DNA from: Mobula hypostoma
Taxonomy: Eukaryota
Reading direction: 5' to 3'
NCBI RefSeq assembly: GCF_963921235.1
Contig: NC_086109.1
Span: 20,214,001 to 20,278,000 of the forward strand
Length of the DNA stretch: 64,000 nt
Shown here: one piece after another, positions 38,170 through 51,200 of the stretch
Layout: the number at the start of each line of letters is the position of its first letter
How positions within the stretch are numbered: position 1 is the first letter of the stretch
The notes under the pieces: generated by a model
Databases searched by the model: none
What the model was told of the DNA's origin: nothing
What the model saw: the letters and a program-made list of their open reading frames with translations, nothing else
Program-made: the position numbers and the translations under genes

Positions 38170-39168
38170 CATACCTGCCCATTCACCTCCTCCCTCACCT
38201 CTATTCAGGGGTTTAAAACAGTCCTTCCAGGTAAGGCAACCTGCAGATGTGCTGGGCTCATCTATTGTGTCCGATGTTCCCACTGCGGCCTCCTCTACGT
38301 TGGTGAGACCTGAAGTAAATTGGGGGACTGCTTTGTCTCGCACCTCCAGCTCCATTGGCCACAAGCAGAACTTCCTGGTGGCCAAACATTTTAATTCTGA
38401 TCCCTGTTCCTGTTCCGACATATTGGTCCATGGCCTCCTCTTGCACCAAGATATCTGGAGGAGCAACGCCTTATATTCCTTCTGTGTAACTTTCAACCTG
38501 ATTATTGCTTTCTCCTTCTGGTAATAAAAAATCCCTCCCCTCCCCTCATCTTTTTTTTTGGCGTGTGCCTGCGTGTGTGTGCGTGCGTCCGTGATGATGT
38601 CTTTTTCATGGATTTTTACAAGGCGCTGAGTGAGAGAGAGACTGTGTGACCCGCCACTCCTCACACAGACATTTTCGCAGTATTTCTCCCTTTATTTTAC
38701 CAGGTCGAGTTGCGATCTCAACACTCAACTTGGCACGGATGGAAAGCGTACTCGGGAGCGGACCTGGCTGGTTTCGAACCCGGGAACCTCCACTCCCGGG
38801 TCCGGCGCCGATGTCGTTGTGCCACCAGCCGGCCCCTCCCCTCATCTTATATTTCCTTTCTCAGGCCTCTTATCTCTGCTCACCTGTCTATCACTTCCCC
38901 CTGGGTCCCCTCCTCTCTCCCTTTCTCCTACTGTCCACTCTCCTCTCCTGTCAGATTCCTTCTTCTCCAGCCCTTTACCTTTCCAACCCACCTGGCTTCA
39001 CCTATCACCTTCTAGCTAGCCTCCTTTCCCTCACCACACCTTTTCATTCTGGGACCTTCCCCCTTCCTTTCCAGTTCTGAGGAAGGGTCTTGGCTTGAAA
39101 CATCAACAGTTTATTCATTTCCATGGATGCTACCTGACCTGCTGAGTTCCTCCAGCATTTTGTGTGAC
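38170..39168 (+). mobile_element. Penelope-like element: GIY-YIG remnant, UTR, decayed hammerhead (about 39072-39109)
   Basis: GLIYCVRCSHCGLLYVGET*SKLGDCF (GIY-CxxC-YVG); cagtt-ctgagga-agggtcttggctt-gaaacatc. Confidence 0.85.
38553..38832 (-). mobile_element. Young tRNA-headed SINE with poly(A) tail and 16-bp TSD
   Basis: A-box-like TGGCACAACGA, B box GGTTCGAAACC, CpG-rich, A tail; TSD cccctcccctcatctt at 38537-38552 and 38833-38848. Confidence 0.88.
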
Positions 39169-40235
39169 CCTCAACATCCAGGCCATGCCATCTTTTTGCA
39201 GCCACCATCAGGCAGGAGGTACAGAAGCTGGAAGTCCCACCACCAGGGGCTACTTCCCCTTAATCGTTTTGTTCTTGAACTGACTGGCACAATGTCTCGC
39301 TCCATACTGCAGTGGCAAAACAACAATTTCACGATAATCGTGAGTGATAATAAACCTAATTCTGATTCTAATCACTACAGTTTAACAACACCAAGACTGC
39401 TTTGATCACTTTGCACTTAAAATGGATGTTTTTGCTCTAATAGTGTTCTTGTAAAATGTTAGCATATTTTGTTTAATTTGTTTTTTTATGAATGCTGCTT
39501 ACTTGATGCTCTGTGCATGTGATACTGCTGCAAGTAAGTTTTGTTCTGTACCCTGTGCATACGTGTACTTGTGCATATGACAATAGATTTGTCTTTGACT
39601 TTGACTTTGAAAATACACATCTTAAGTCCTGAAGAAGAGTCTAGGCCAGAAGCATTGACGGTTTATTCATTTCCATAGATGCTGCCTGACCCGCTGAGTT
39701 CCTTCAGCATTTTTGTGTGTGTCACCTTAAGTAATGTTGCAAATGCATACCTTATGTATTTTTGCAAATGATTAGGACAGAGTGGTGGTGCAGTAGTTAA
39801 TCCTGCTGCCTCACAGACCCAGGGACCTGAGTCTGATTCTGATATCAGGTGTTTGGATGTTCTCTGTGTGATGACATACGTCTTCTCCTAGTTACCAAAT
39901 TTCCTCCCAGGTCCCAAAGATGGTCTGGTTGGTAACTTGCAATGCTTTATTTCTGTCACCACTTAAGTGGCTAAACTTCATACAATATAAACCAAGTTTA
40001 TACTATTTATAATTTAGTTTCATGTTTTCTTTGAAGTTTAGTTGAGGTGAGAAGGTGATCTTGTTGAAACACATTTGATCCTTAAGGTAGATGGTGAGAC
40101 ATTTCCACTAGTGGGACAATTTTGAAGTAGAGATCATGGTTAAAAGTTTAGAGGAGATCATTCAAGACTGAGATTCATGGAAACGTCTTCCAGAAGGCCC
40201 CCGTATTCTTATTACGGTTTCTGTCCTCTTCTTTC

Positions 40236-40273
40236 TAGTTCTGATGAAGGGTCTTAGCCTGAAATATTGACTG
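40236..40273 (+). ncRNA. Minimal hammerhead ribozyme motif in a Penelope terminus (partly degenerate)
   Basis: TAGTT-CTGATGA-AGGGTCTTAGCCT-GAAATATT-GACTG. Confidence 0.6.
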
Positions 40274-41399
40274 TTTATTTCCCTCCATAGATGCTGCTTG
40301 ACTTGCTGAGTTCCTCCAGCTTTTTACGTGTGTTGCTCCAGATTTCCAGAACCTGCAGAATCTCCTGAGTTCTGGTGGCTGCTATAAATCTCCCTTGGAG
40401 CTGGTTAATGGCAAAAGGGGTCAAAGGACAACTGACGGAGAATATGTTGTAGAGGAACAGGAAATAAGGGGAGGGTGAATAGGACTAAACGGGCTTCCTC
40501 TGCTGGGAGCCATCTTGGATCTGGTTAGATTGGCTTTATTTGGCACATGTACAACAAAACGTACAGCGAAGTGTGTCCCTTATGTCAAATCCAAGCAGCG
40601 AGGATCGTGCTGGAGGCAGCTTGCAAGAGTCGCCATGCTCCTTGTGCCAACGAAGGATGTTTACAACAGCATACCCGAACCTGTATGTTTTTGGAATGTG
40701 GGAGGAAACCTGAGCACTTGGAGGAAACACACATGGTGACAGGGAGAACATAGAATCTCCTTACAGATAACAGAAGGAATCGAATCCCGGTTGGTGATTA
40801 CTAGTGCTGTAAAGCGGTTATACTATCTGCTACAATACCGTGCTGCCTAGTGATGGGCTGAAGGGCCTCCTTCCTGTTGTTATCAGATAGTTCACACTAA
40901 TCGTCTTCTTCTCTTGACTCCTCTTCCTTTCCTTATGCCTCTTCGCTGAGTTCCTCAGGATCTGATCCACCTCCCACTTCTATTAAACTTCAAAGAATAT
41001 ATGAATCTAAATTATGGGTAGCATAGACGTGGTTTATATTCCCTCAGATTTAGCAAATTAAGTGCTGACAGAACTTGAGCATTGAAAATGATAGACGGGC
41101 GAGACCAGGGCGAGACCAGGGTGAGACCAGGGTAAGAGCAAACAGCCTTGCGATTGGAAGCTGCTACTTTTTAATGGTGAAGATGCATGCTGATGTTCCT
41201 TTCAGTGCCTTGTGGCACACTGGGTTGCAACCTTGCCATTGCTTTAGCATTTCTCTGTTTTCTTTATGAGACTGAGTTGCCAGCTCGATGCTGAAGCGTG
41301 TAAGGAGCAAGCTGAATTCAAACCTGGAGCCACTCACTTTGAAGTCTGCTGCAAATGCCACTGCATTACCAGCAGGCCAGCCCGGATGCATGTTTTCAC

Positions 41400-44300
41400 C
41401 TCATGTTTACATAGAATCTGAAACTCTTTATTCCATTTGACCATGAATGCTAGAGATTTATTATATTTTCCAAGAATGAAGTCTGAGTAACATAAAATGT
41501 CAAAAAAATATGTGTACTTTAGAAGTAGAAAGTTCACTCAGTCAGGCCTAATGATGTTCTCCAGGCTGGTCTGAGCTGGGACTGGGCATGACAGCCAAGG
41601 AATCCCCCCTGCAGTTGGGAGAACTGCTGCCATCTGGTGGTGACCTCTCAGATTGTACCCTCTTCAATACAGAGACCAAGAAAAATAAAACATAGAAACA
41701 TTACCTACAGCACAACACAGGCCCTTCGGCCCACAATGCTGTGCCGAACCTGTACTTACTTTAGAAATTACCTAGGGTTACCCATAGCCCTCTATTTTTC
41801 TAAGCTCCATGTACCTGTCCAAGAAAGTCCGCAGATGAGTCAGCATACAGAGAGGAGGTGCAGTGGCTAATGGACTGGTGCAGAGCCAACAACCTGTCTC
41901 TGAATGTGAACAAAACAAAAGAGATGGCTGTTGACTTCAGGAGGACACGGAGCGACCACTCTCCGCTGAACATCGACGACTCCTCCGTAGAGATCGTTAA
42001 GAGCACCAAATTTCTTGGTGTTCACCTGGCGGAGAATCTCACCTGGTCCCTCAACACCAGCTCCATAGCAAAGAAAGCCCAGCAGCGTCTCTACTTTCTG
42101 TGAAGGCTGAGAAAAGTCCATCTCCCACTCCCCATCCTCACCACATTCTATGGAGGTTGTATTGAGAGCATCCTGAGCAGCTGCATCACTGCCTGGTTCA
42201 GAAATTGCACCATCTCGGATCGCAAGACCCTGCAGCGATAGTGAGGTCAGCTGAGAAGATCATTGCGGTCTCTCTTCCTGCCATTACATACATTTACACC
42301 ACACGCTACATCCGTAAAGCAAACAGCATTATGAAGGACCCCACGCACCCCTCATACAAACTGTTCTCCCTCCTGCCATCTGGTAAAAGGCACCGAAGTA
42401 TTCGGGCTCTCACGACCAGACTATATAACAGTTTCTTCCCCCAAGTCATCAGACTCCTCAATACCCAGAGCCTGGACTGACACCAACCTACTGCCCTCTA
42501 CTGTGCCTATTGTCTTGTTTATTATTTATTGTAATGCCTGCACTGTTTTGTGCACTTTATGCAGTCCTGGGTAGGTCTGTAGTCTAGTGTAGTTTTGTGT
42601 TGTTTTACGTAGTTCAGTGTAGTTTTTGTATTGTTCATGTAGCACCATGGTCCTGAAAAACGTCTCATTTTTACTGTGTACTGTACCAGCAGTTATGGTC
42701 GAAATGACAATAAAAAGTGACTTGACTTGAAAAGATGCTGTAAATCTTGAGAAACCCACACAAAATGTTTCAGGACCTCAGCAATCAAACAACATTTATT
42801 AAGGGGAATAAACAGTCGACGTTAAAGGCTGAGACCTTTCATTAAGACTAGAAAACAGCAACTGTTTATTCACTTCCATGGATTTTATGTGTGACTTACC
42901 AAAATAAAAAGACTTTTTTTTACCTTGGTGTGGAAACCCTCTGGATTTATGAAAGTAACCAGGACTCCCAATAATCTCTGATTTAAAAAAAAAACTCCAT
43001 TGTGAAATGTTATGAAAATCACAGCATAATGAGCTTTGTATGGGCTCTGATATTGGGAGAAAACTCACTCAGCAGGTGTTCATCTTTAACAGACATAACA
43101 TAGGATTCCCACATATTTTCTGGTCTGTGAGTCAGTAAAGTAAAATCCAAGTTGAAAGCCAATGTGCATAGTTGGAGGGTTTGAATGTAATTTCAAATCA
43201 GCATGACCCCCACCCAAACAACTGCATCAGTGGATGTAAAGGTCAAGGGCAGATGTTTGAATTTCAGTAGCAGGCCTGGCTGAAACAGCTGAGTCCAAGA
43301 GACAAAGAAGCAAGCCATGATGAGCTGAAGGAACAATCGGAACTTAACACTCAGAATTCTGCAGGCCAGGCAGCATCTCTAGGAAGAGATACAGTCGACG
43401 TTTCAGGCCGAGACCCTTCGTCAGGACTAACTGAAGGAAGAGTTAGTAAGAGAGTTGGTAATCTCTTACTAACTCTTCCTTCAGTTAGTGCTGACGAAGG
43501 GTCTCAGCCTGAAACGTCGACTGTACCTCTTCCTAGAGATGCTGCCTGGCCTGCTGCGTTCACCAGCAACTTTGATGTGTGTTGCCTGAATTTCCAGCAT
43601 CTGCAGAATTCCTCTTGTTTGCACTCAGAAGTCTGCCTGATTCTCAACACAGAAGTTTCACCATTATCATTCTTTTATCCAGTTCAGTAACAGCACCATG
43701 CAGTTTGTGATCCCTTTAACGGGCTACTTCCGAGAAATGTTATCATAAAACATCGGCTTCAAGCCATATAGGAGAGAACAGGGCAGTTTGGTTGATGAGA
43801 CATCGTAATGGAGAAGAGAGAGAGAGAGAGAGAGGAAGGCCATGAGGGAGCTCCAGAACCTAAGACCAGGGAGCAGAAAGCTTGGCAACAATGATGGGTC
43901 AATGAAAACCAGGCATGGATGAAAGCCAATGACAGAAAAGCCCAACAGACCTCAGAAGGTTTTGGCGTTGGGGGAAGTGTGGAGGCGAGGGAGATGCTTG
44001 GAAACAAGATGAGAATGTTTATGTTGGGGCACCAGGACTGTAAAACACGAGAGAGGTGAATGGGATTTTGAGTATGGTAAAGCAATGAAAAAGCCTGTCT
44101 CACAGATGACGTTCAGTAGGAAGGTCAGTTCCTGGTTAAATTGGTTGACAATATTGGGTGGTGGGGTGGAGATAGATCTCTACCAAAGGAGCTGTAAACC
44201 ACCCCCTCCCTCTGCTATCCTGCAGGTCCCCCTTGGATAGTCGTATAAGCAGCCGGTGCATATCACAAGTCCTTGTTATGCACCCACTGACTCCAGGCAG

Positions 44301-47300
44301 ACAGTCTTTGAAGAGTGTTGACAACGGCCGGGGTAACCCCAGCTTGTAAAGACACTACCCAGAAGAAGGCAATGGCAAACCACTTCTGTAGAAAAATTTG
44401 CACAGAACAATCATGGTCGTGGAAAGACCATGATTGCCCACGTCATATGAGATGGCACATAAAGTACGAATATTGTGAGCTGTTTGTTTCAGCCAGAAAG
44501 AAGGATGGAGTTGCCTGTGAGGGTACATAGCTAAAGACATCTACTAAACCTGTACCCTTGAGAAAGAATGACCCAAACCTATCAGTACTGCATCTTAATG
44601 GTGTTGAATTACAAATCTTTATGCACCAGTATTGTACCTGTATTAAACACTGGAAGACCTATGTAACAAGTGACAGAGTTATACCCACAAGTCTGGCATC
44701 CTTTTTCACTGTTATAGATCTTTAATTCTTGTTTTCTGTCTATTTCATACAACGACTTACTTATGTCTAATGACAGTCCTATACCTAGCAGCTGTAGTAG
44801 TCACCTTATTACAGGAAGGATGTGGATACTATAGAGAGAGTGCAGAGGAGATTTACAAGGATGTTGCCTGGATTGGAGAGTGTGCCTTTTGAGAAATGGT
44901 TGAGTGAACTTGGCCTTTTCTCTTTGGAGCGACAGACGATGAGGGGTGACCTGACAGAGGTGTATAAGATAATGAGAGGTATTGATCATGTGGATAGCCA
45001 GAGGGTTTCCCCCTGGGCTGAAGTGGCTAACATGAGGGGGCATAGTTTTAAGGTGCATGGAAGAAGGTATAACGGGTAAGGTTTTCACACAGAGTGTGGT
45101 GGGTGCGTGGAATGCACTGCCAGTGACTGTGGTACAATAGATTCTTTTAAGAGACTCTTTAGATAAGTACATGGAGCTTAGAAAAATAGAGGACTATGCG
45201 CAAGGGAAATTCTAGGCTGTTTCTAGAGTCGGTTACATGGTCAGCACAACATTGTGGGCCGAAGGGCCTGTAATGTGCTGTAGATTTCTATGTTCTGTAA
45301 CTAGTAGTATAACAAATACACGACCCCAGTCTTTTACTGTGAATTCTGGGGGTCATGGGTCCATCGTCGTCTAAAAACGATGCATAGGTCAGTTATTTAT
45401 AACACGGGTGGAGACAAGACTTTCACTGTGTGGCGTAAGTATAATATAGGTGTATACAGCCCGTCATTTTACAACACCGAGGAGCAGTGCTGGCGGGTAG
45501 ATGTCAGTCAGTGTGTCTACCAACCAACTCCACACCCCAGCGTTACACCCTGACAGACCTGTATCTATAAATACTGTATTCCAATACTGGGCAGCAATAG
45601 ACCTACAGCCACTAGTACACGATTTAGCATATCCTGCATTCTTTTAATGACAGTGTGAAAAGATCGTGCACATCCAAACAGGCTAGAACAACTAATCAAA
45701 TTTATTGTTAGTTAAACAAAGAATGGTTGACGGTGTAATTAAAGCATGCAAATGCAGTTGCTCAGGTAACTTGCGAAGAGTACTCACTGAATTCTTTAAG
45801 GATCTATTTATAAACACTAGATAATCGGATGTAATGTAATTTGGTTCTTTCAAGAAAACTGCAACCCAGCGTTTGGTTCTCAAATTATTTTCCTGAGAAC
45901 AGACAACAAAACCAGGAGTTCTGTTGCACAGCATTGATGCTTTCAGTACATTTAGTATCTATAAATAATTTATTTCAACTCCCTCAGAAATACTTTACCA
46001 CCTGACCTTTCAGATTAATTTGACACTGGCTTATTCCGGATGGTGAGGAGTAGAGGGCTAGCTCTCAGCCGCAAAGATCAGTGTGCTATAAACCACTGAG
46101 GGAGCATTTGCTGCACCCTCCTTCGGCTGCTCCAGGCCTGTGTCCTTTGGGTCTTGTGACTGGTGTCTCCGGACAGCAGCATACTCGATATCATCAACTT
46201 TACTTACAACGGTCGCATACTCAAAACTGTTGGTTGGTCTTTCAAAGTTCTGCAGTGGAATCAGAAAAGGGTGTTTTTAATCAAAGAGGTAGAATTCATG
46301 ACAATTGTGGTAAACGCTGTCTGTAGATGAACAACCAGGAAAACAGTCAACACATTTGTATCCTCACTATCCTCTGTATTGATATAAAATTGTTAAGATG
46401 CAGGCTTTTTTCCGGCTGAGGTTGGGTGGGACTACAATCAGATGTCATGGTTTAAGGGTGAAAGCTGAAAAGTTTAAGGGGAAACTTCTTCACTCAGATG
46501 GTCATGAGAGTGTGGAATGAGGTGCCAGCACAAGTGGTGCACGCGAGCTCAATTTCAACGTTTAAGCATCATTTGGAGAGGTACGTGGATGGTAGGGGTA
46601 TGGAGAGCTACGGTTCTGGTGCAGGTCACTGGAAATAGGCAGCTTAAATGGTTTTGGCATGGACTAGATGGGCCAAAGGGCCTACTTCTGTGTTGTACTT
46701 TTCTATTACCCTAATACTCTATGCAAAATAAGCTATGTGTTGAATAAGAGAGGAAATTGAAGAGCTATTAGGAACAGCAAAAGTAAGTTTGGCTAAAGAG
46801 TCTTCAAGTGATACAGCACGGAACAGCCTCTTCGGCCCAAATGGACTGTACCAACCAGGATTCCCATCTAAACTAGTACAATTTTCCCAGGTTTTGAGCG
46901 CTATCCCTCTAAACCATGGGTCCTCAACCTGGGATTCACAGACCAGTGGCTCAATGGTATAGGTCCATGGCATGAAAAAGGAGAGGAACCCCTGCTCTAA
47001 GCCTTTCCTAACCATGAACCTGCCCAAATGCCTTTTAATATGTTGTTAATGTATCTGCCTCAACCACTTCCTCTGATAGTTCATTTAATTTATTTACCAT
47101 TCCTCAGGTTCCTATTAAATCTCTCCCCTGTCACCCTAAACCTGTGGCCTCTACAGTAGTTCTTGATTCCCCAATGCTGGTGAAAAGACAGTGTGCATTT
47201 ACCCTATCCATGCCTCTCCTCTCATGATGTTACACACCTCTATAAGATCACCTCTTATTCACCAACCCTCCAATAAAAAGTCCCTATCTGCTCAAGCTCT

Positions 47301-48131
47301 CCCCATAACTCAGCCCCTCAAGTCCTGATAACATCCTGGTAAATCTCCACTGCGCTCTTTGAGAATCTAATCAATTAAACTCAATTTGCAGTGCTCGGGT
47401 ATTGACCATCCACTTATTTCACATCCAGTATTCAGCTCCACGGAAACCAGTGCTGGAAGGATCACAAACACAAAAAAAAAATCTGCGGGTACTGGAAATC
47501 CAAGCAACACGCACACAATGCTGGAGGAACTCAGCAGGCCAGGCAGCATCTATGGAAAAGAGTAACCAGTCAACGTTTCGGGCCGAGACCCTTCATCAAG
47601 GCTGGAAAAAATAAAGATGAGAAGTCAGAGCAAGAAGGTGGGGGGAGGGGAGGAAGAAGTACAAGGTGGTAGGTGATGGGCAAAGCTGAGGGAGGGAGGA
47701 GGTGAAGTAAAGAGCTGGGAAGTTGATTAGTGAAGGAGATAAAGGGCTGGAGAAGGGGCAATCTATTAGGAGGAGGTAGAAGACCATGGAAGAAAGGAAT
47801 CAGCACGGTTGGTCAATATTCCAGCACCCATTCAACACCAGAAACCATGATGGATTTCAGCACCTTGATGCTGAAGGTTTAAGATGGAAATGATTTAATT
47901 AGCAAATAATGTGACAGCTCTCTGTGATGTCCTTTGCCAATATTTATTCTTCAAACATTGAATGATTGCCTAGTTATTATAATCACAGGAGCCTCTACAG
48001 AAGCTGGAGGAACTCAGCAGGTCAGGCAGCATCTGTGGAGAGCAGTAAGGAGTTAATGCTTGAGTCTCAGCCCGAAACATTGGCTGCTTCTAATTCTTCA
48101 TAGATGCTGTCTGACCTGCTGAGTTCCTCAA

Positions 48132-48189
<58 letters not shown>

Positions 48190-48194
48190 TGTGA

Positions 48195-48225
<31 letters not shown>

Positions 48226-51200
48226 TGTGTGTATGTGTGTGTGAGTGTGTGTGTGTGTGTGTGTATGTGTGTGTGCGCGCAGTTATAATCTCATTTGTGG
48301 CCCTTTCCTGGACACTAGTAGACTGCAATCTTGTGAAAGATAGTGCTCATGTTCAAAGCTGTTTCTTCCTACATTAAAATGAGTCTGCCTAACCTCCAAC
48401 CCTGGGAAACCTTCTCCCTGAGATGAATGCTTTCATTGTAGGCTTCAGCCACGGCTAGTCGATCCGTCTGACTGGAAACAAGCAAGGTCATTTGCGTGAT
48501 AATCTTGTGTTTATGCAACACCTTTCACAATACCAAGCTCTCCCAAAACACAAAGCAGTTTCAAAATATCTGCTGCTGACTCAGACAGCGAAACTGCCAG
48601 ATTGTCCTCATGGTCGTCTCAGCCATCCTGTCACAGAGTGCAGAAACGGGCACGCAGCTGATTGACTGCACGTTGATCGTCATGCACCTCTTTCCATCCA
48701 TCTTACAAAGATCCACTTTTATTTTCCCTCTGTTCCCTCCACAATCTCCCACTAATCTTCGCCCCATGTGCAATTTACAGTTGCCTTTGTCTACCAGTTT
48801 AGGGTTGCAAGAGGAAATCAGAGCCAAAGAGAAAGTGCAGACTCCACCAGAGGTCAGTATTGCACCTGAGCCACTGAAGCTGAGAGCTGTAACTCTTCCA
48901 GCCGTGCCGCTGTCTGCCCTCCTCCAATAACCTCCCATCATGATCATTTCTCAGTGGGGTTTAATCCTGACAGACTCTCGAATTGTCATAGTCACTTGTA
49001 AACCTGTTGCAAATAGTCCATCCCTGGTTTCCCTGAGAAGCTGGAGATCGACTGTGCAATGCAACTGTCTGTGGCGCTCGCCGAGCCGGGCAGTTAGCTT
49101 GCCGACGTGTCATCACCAGCTGAGGTGACATCCTTTAGTGTGCAGTTGTTGGTGTTTCTCTCTGAGAGTGCTCGCGTTTACATAGCGCCCTGTCCGCTTG
49201 CCTTAGTCTTGATTGGCTATCCCAATGCGAGCACTCCAAGAAACAAGGAACAGCTGCACACTGAGGATGTTACCTCGTCTGCTGATGAAATGCCTGCAAG
49301 CTAATTGCCCAGCTCGGTGAACACCGCAACATCAAAGGCCTCAACCCGCGCCACCAATATTCACCACCACCCTCAACAACTGATTGTCCTACAAGAGGAC
49401 TTCAGAGGGTGGTTAAGAATCAGTCACACTGTTGCAGGGCTGTAGTCACATATAGGCCAGACCAGGTAAGCATTGCAAGTTCCTTCTCTGAAGCTTCAAT
49501 TCAGTTTCTACAACAGTCCAAATGTTGATAGTCTCAGGTATTGATAGCAGGATTGCTTTGCTCTACTCATCAAATAGCCAACGATGGGTTCGAATCCCGT
49601 TCACTGGTACATAATTACTACACCCAGCAAGACATTACTGTCCGGCTACTCTCTAAGAAACTAATAGCCTGTGGAATATTTTTTGTTTATTGAGACCTGT
49701 TCATTTTAATCCAATGGTAAAGCTTGGATGAGTTCAGCAGAACAGTCCTGGCATCATTTCCTGCGTCCATCACTTTTGGACTGTCATAGCGACCAAAATG
49801 GTCTATCAGAGAATGAAACCTGTCAGTTGAGGCCTATTTGTGACTAAGATTTTCCACACCAGAGTGATTCGTAATTGGTCCTACAGAACAACACCAACTT
49901 GTTTATACCTTCCATGTCTCCCAGTTGTTAAGGCATTGAATTAGGGCTTGTGTTCAGGGGACAGGACTAGCAAGAGTACTGCTCCATCACTCAGCACTCA
50001 CCTATCAATTGATTTACGTACTGATTCTATGTCCTTCAATCAATTAAACCCTAAATTTCAAAAAATCTTGTTTACCTCTTCATCCTTTGCTCCCACCTTC
50101 TGAAAAATATCTGGGTCCTTGCCTGTGAAAGGAAAAGGCAAAACTTGACGTTGCTACAGCATCATGAAAAGAGAAAATGAGGTAAACATCAGCAACGTTG
50201 GCATCTCCTGCCAAAACTACACGTCTAAAGTGATCACACAGACACAGTGTCAAATACAGATCTAAGCAACTTCAGAGTGCTGACAAGGTTTTAACTTTGA
50301 AGGGATGGAAATAATTCTGCATTCTTGGCGCTATACTCCAGGTAAACTTAAGCTGCATTTAGGGCTCTAAGAACTGAATTTTCCCAGGATGAGACTTCTG
50401 CCTATGGTCGAACCATCCCTCATGTTAGCCACGCCCAGTCTTTGGTGGGAAAAAATGTGTGGGGCTTTAAAGACTGATTAGTGACATGAACCAGCCTTGT
50501 TGATAAGCATTACAGGTTCAAAATAATCCCAATCTCATACTTTATGGCATCACCTATACTTCATTTGCTTGTATTCTCAACTCCCAGGCTGAAAGCATGG
50601 GTTCGAGTCTCCCTCCAGCGGAAATAGCCGACATTCCCAATGTAATAATGAGGGAGAGCTGTACAGGCAAGAGCGCTGCTGTTCAGATAATTATCAAACA
50701 GAGGCCCAATCAGTCCTCCCAGGTAGATATTAAAGATACTCCAGCATTGAATAAAAATTCTTCCTTGTTCCTTGATGAACATTTATCCTCTTACGGACAC
50801 GACTCAAAATTAGATCAGATTACTGATTATTTTAGCAACAGACTATCTGCTGGAGAAACTCTATGTGTCAAGCAGAATTTGTGTGGCGGTGGGGGGAAGG
50901 AAATGTCGTTGCTTTGGGTCAAAGCCCTGCATCAGACCTGAAATAGCGACAATCCCTTCCGCCACTCCTCCCCACAGACAGCACTCCGCCCGCCGAGTTC
51001 TTCCAGCAGATTGTTTGTGGTTCCAGATTCCAGCAGCTACAGTCTCGGGTCTATTGCTCCTCCAGTGTTTCTGTGGGAGCTTGTCATGCACAAGCCAGCT
51101 CTTGCAGCTCCTGCTTAATCAGCAGTGATTTCATGAATTGCGTGTGCGTTGAAATGAACAGAAGACGTTCGAAGCTCTGAATAAGTGCAGCCCTTCATAG

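Noticed and set aside
49071..49330. CpG-rich promoter or enhancer (CCAAT box, E-boxes)
   Set aside because: It is better explained as an inverted Penelope-like repeat with hammerhead motifs.
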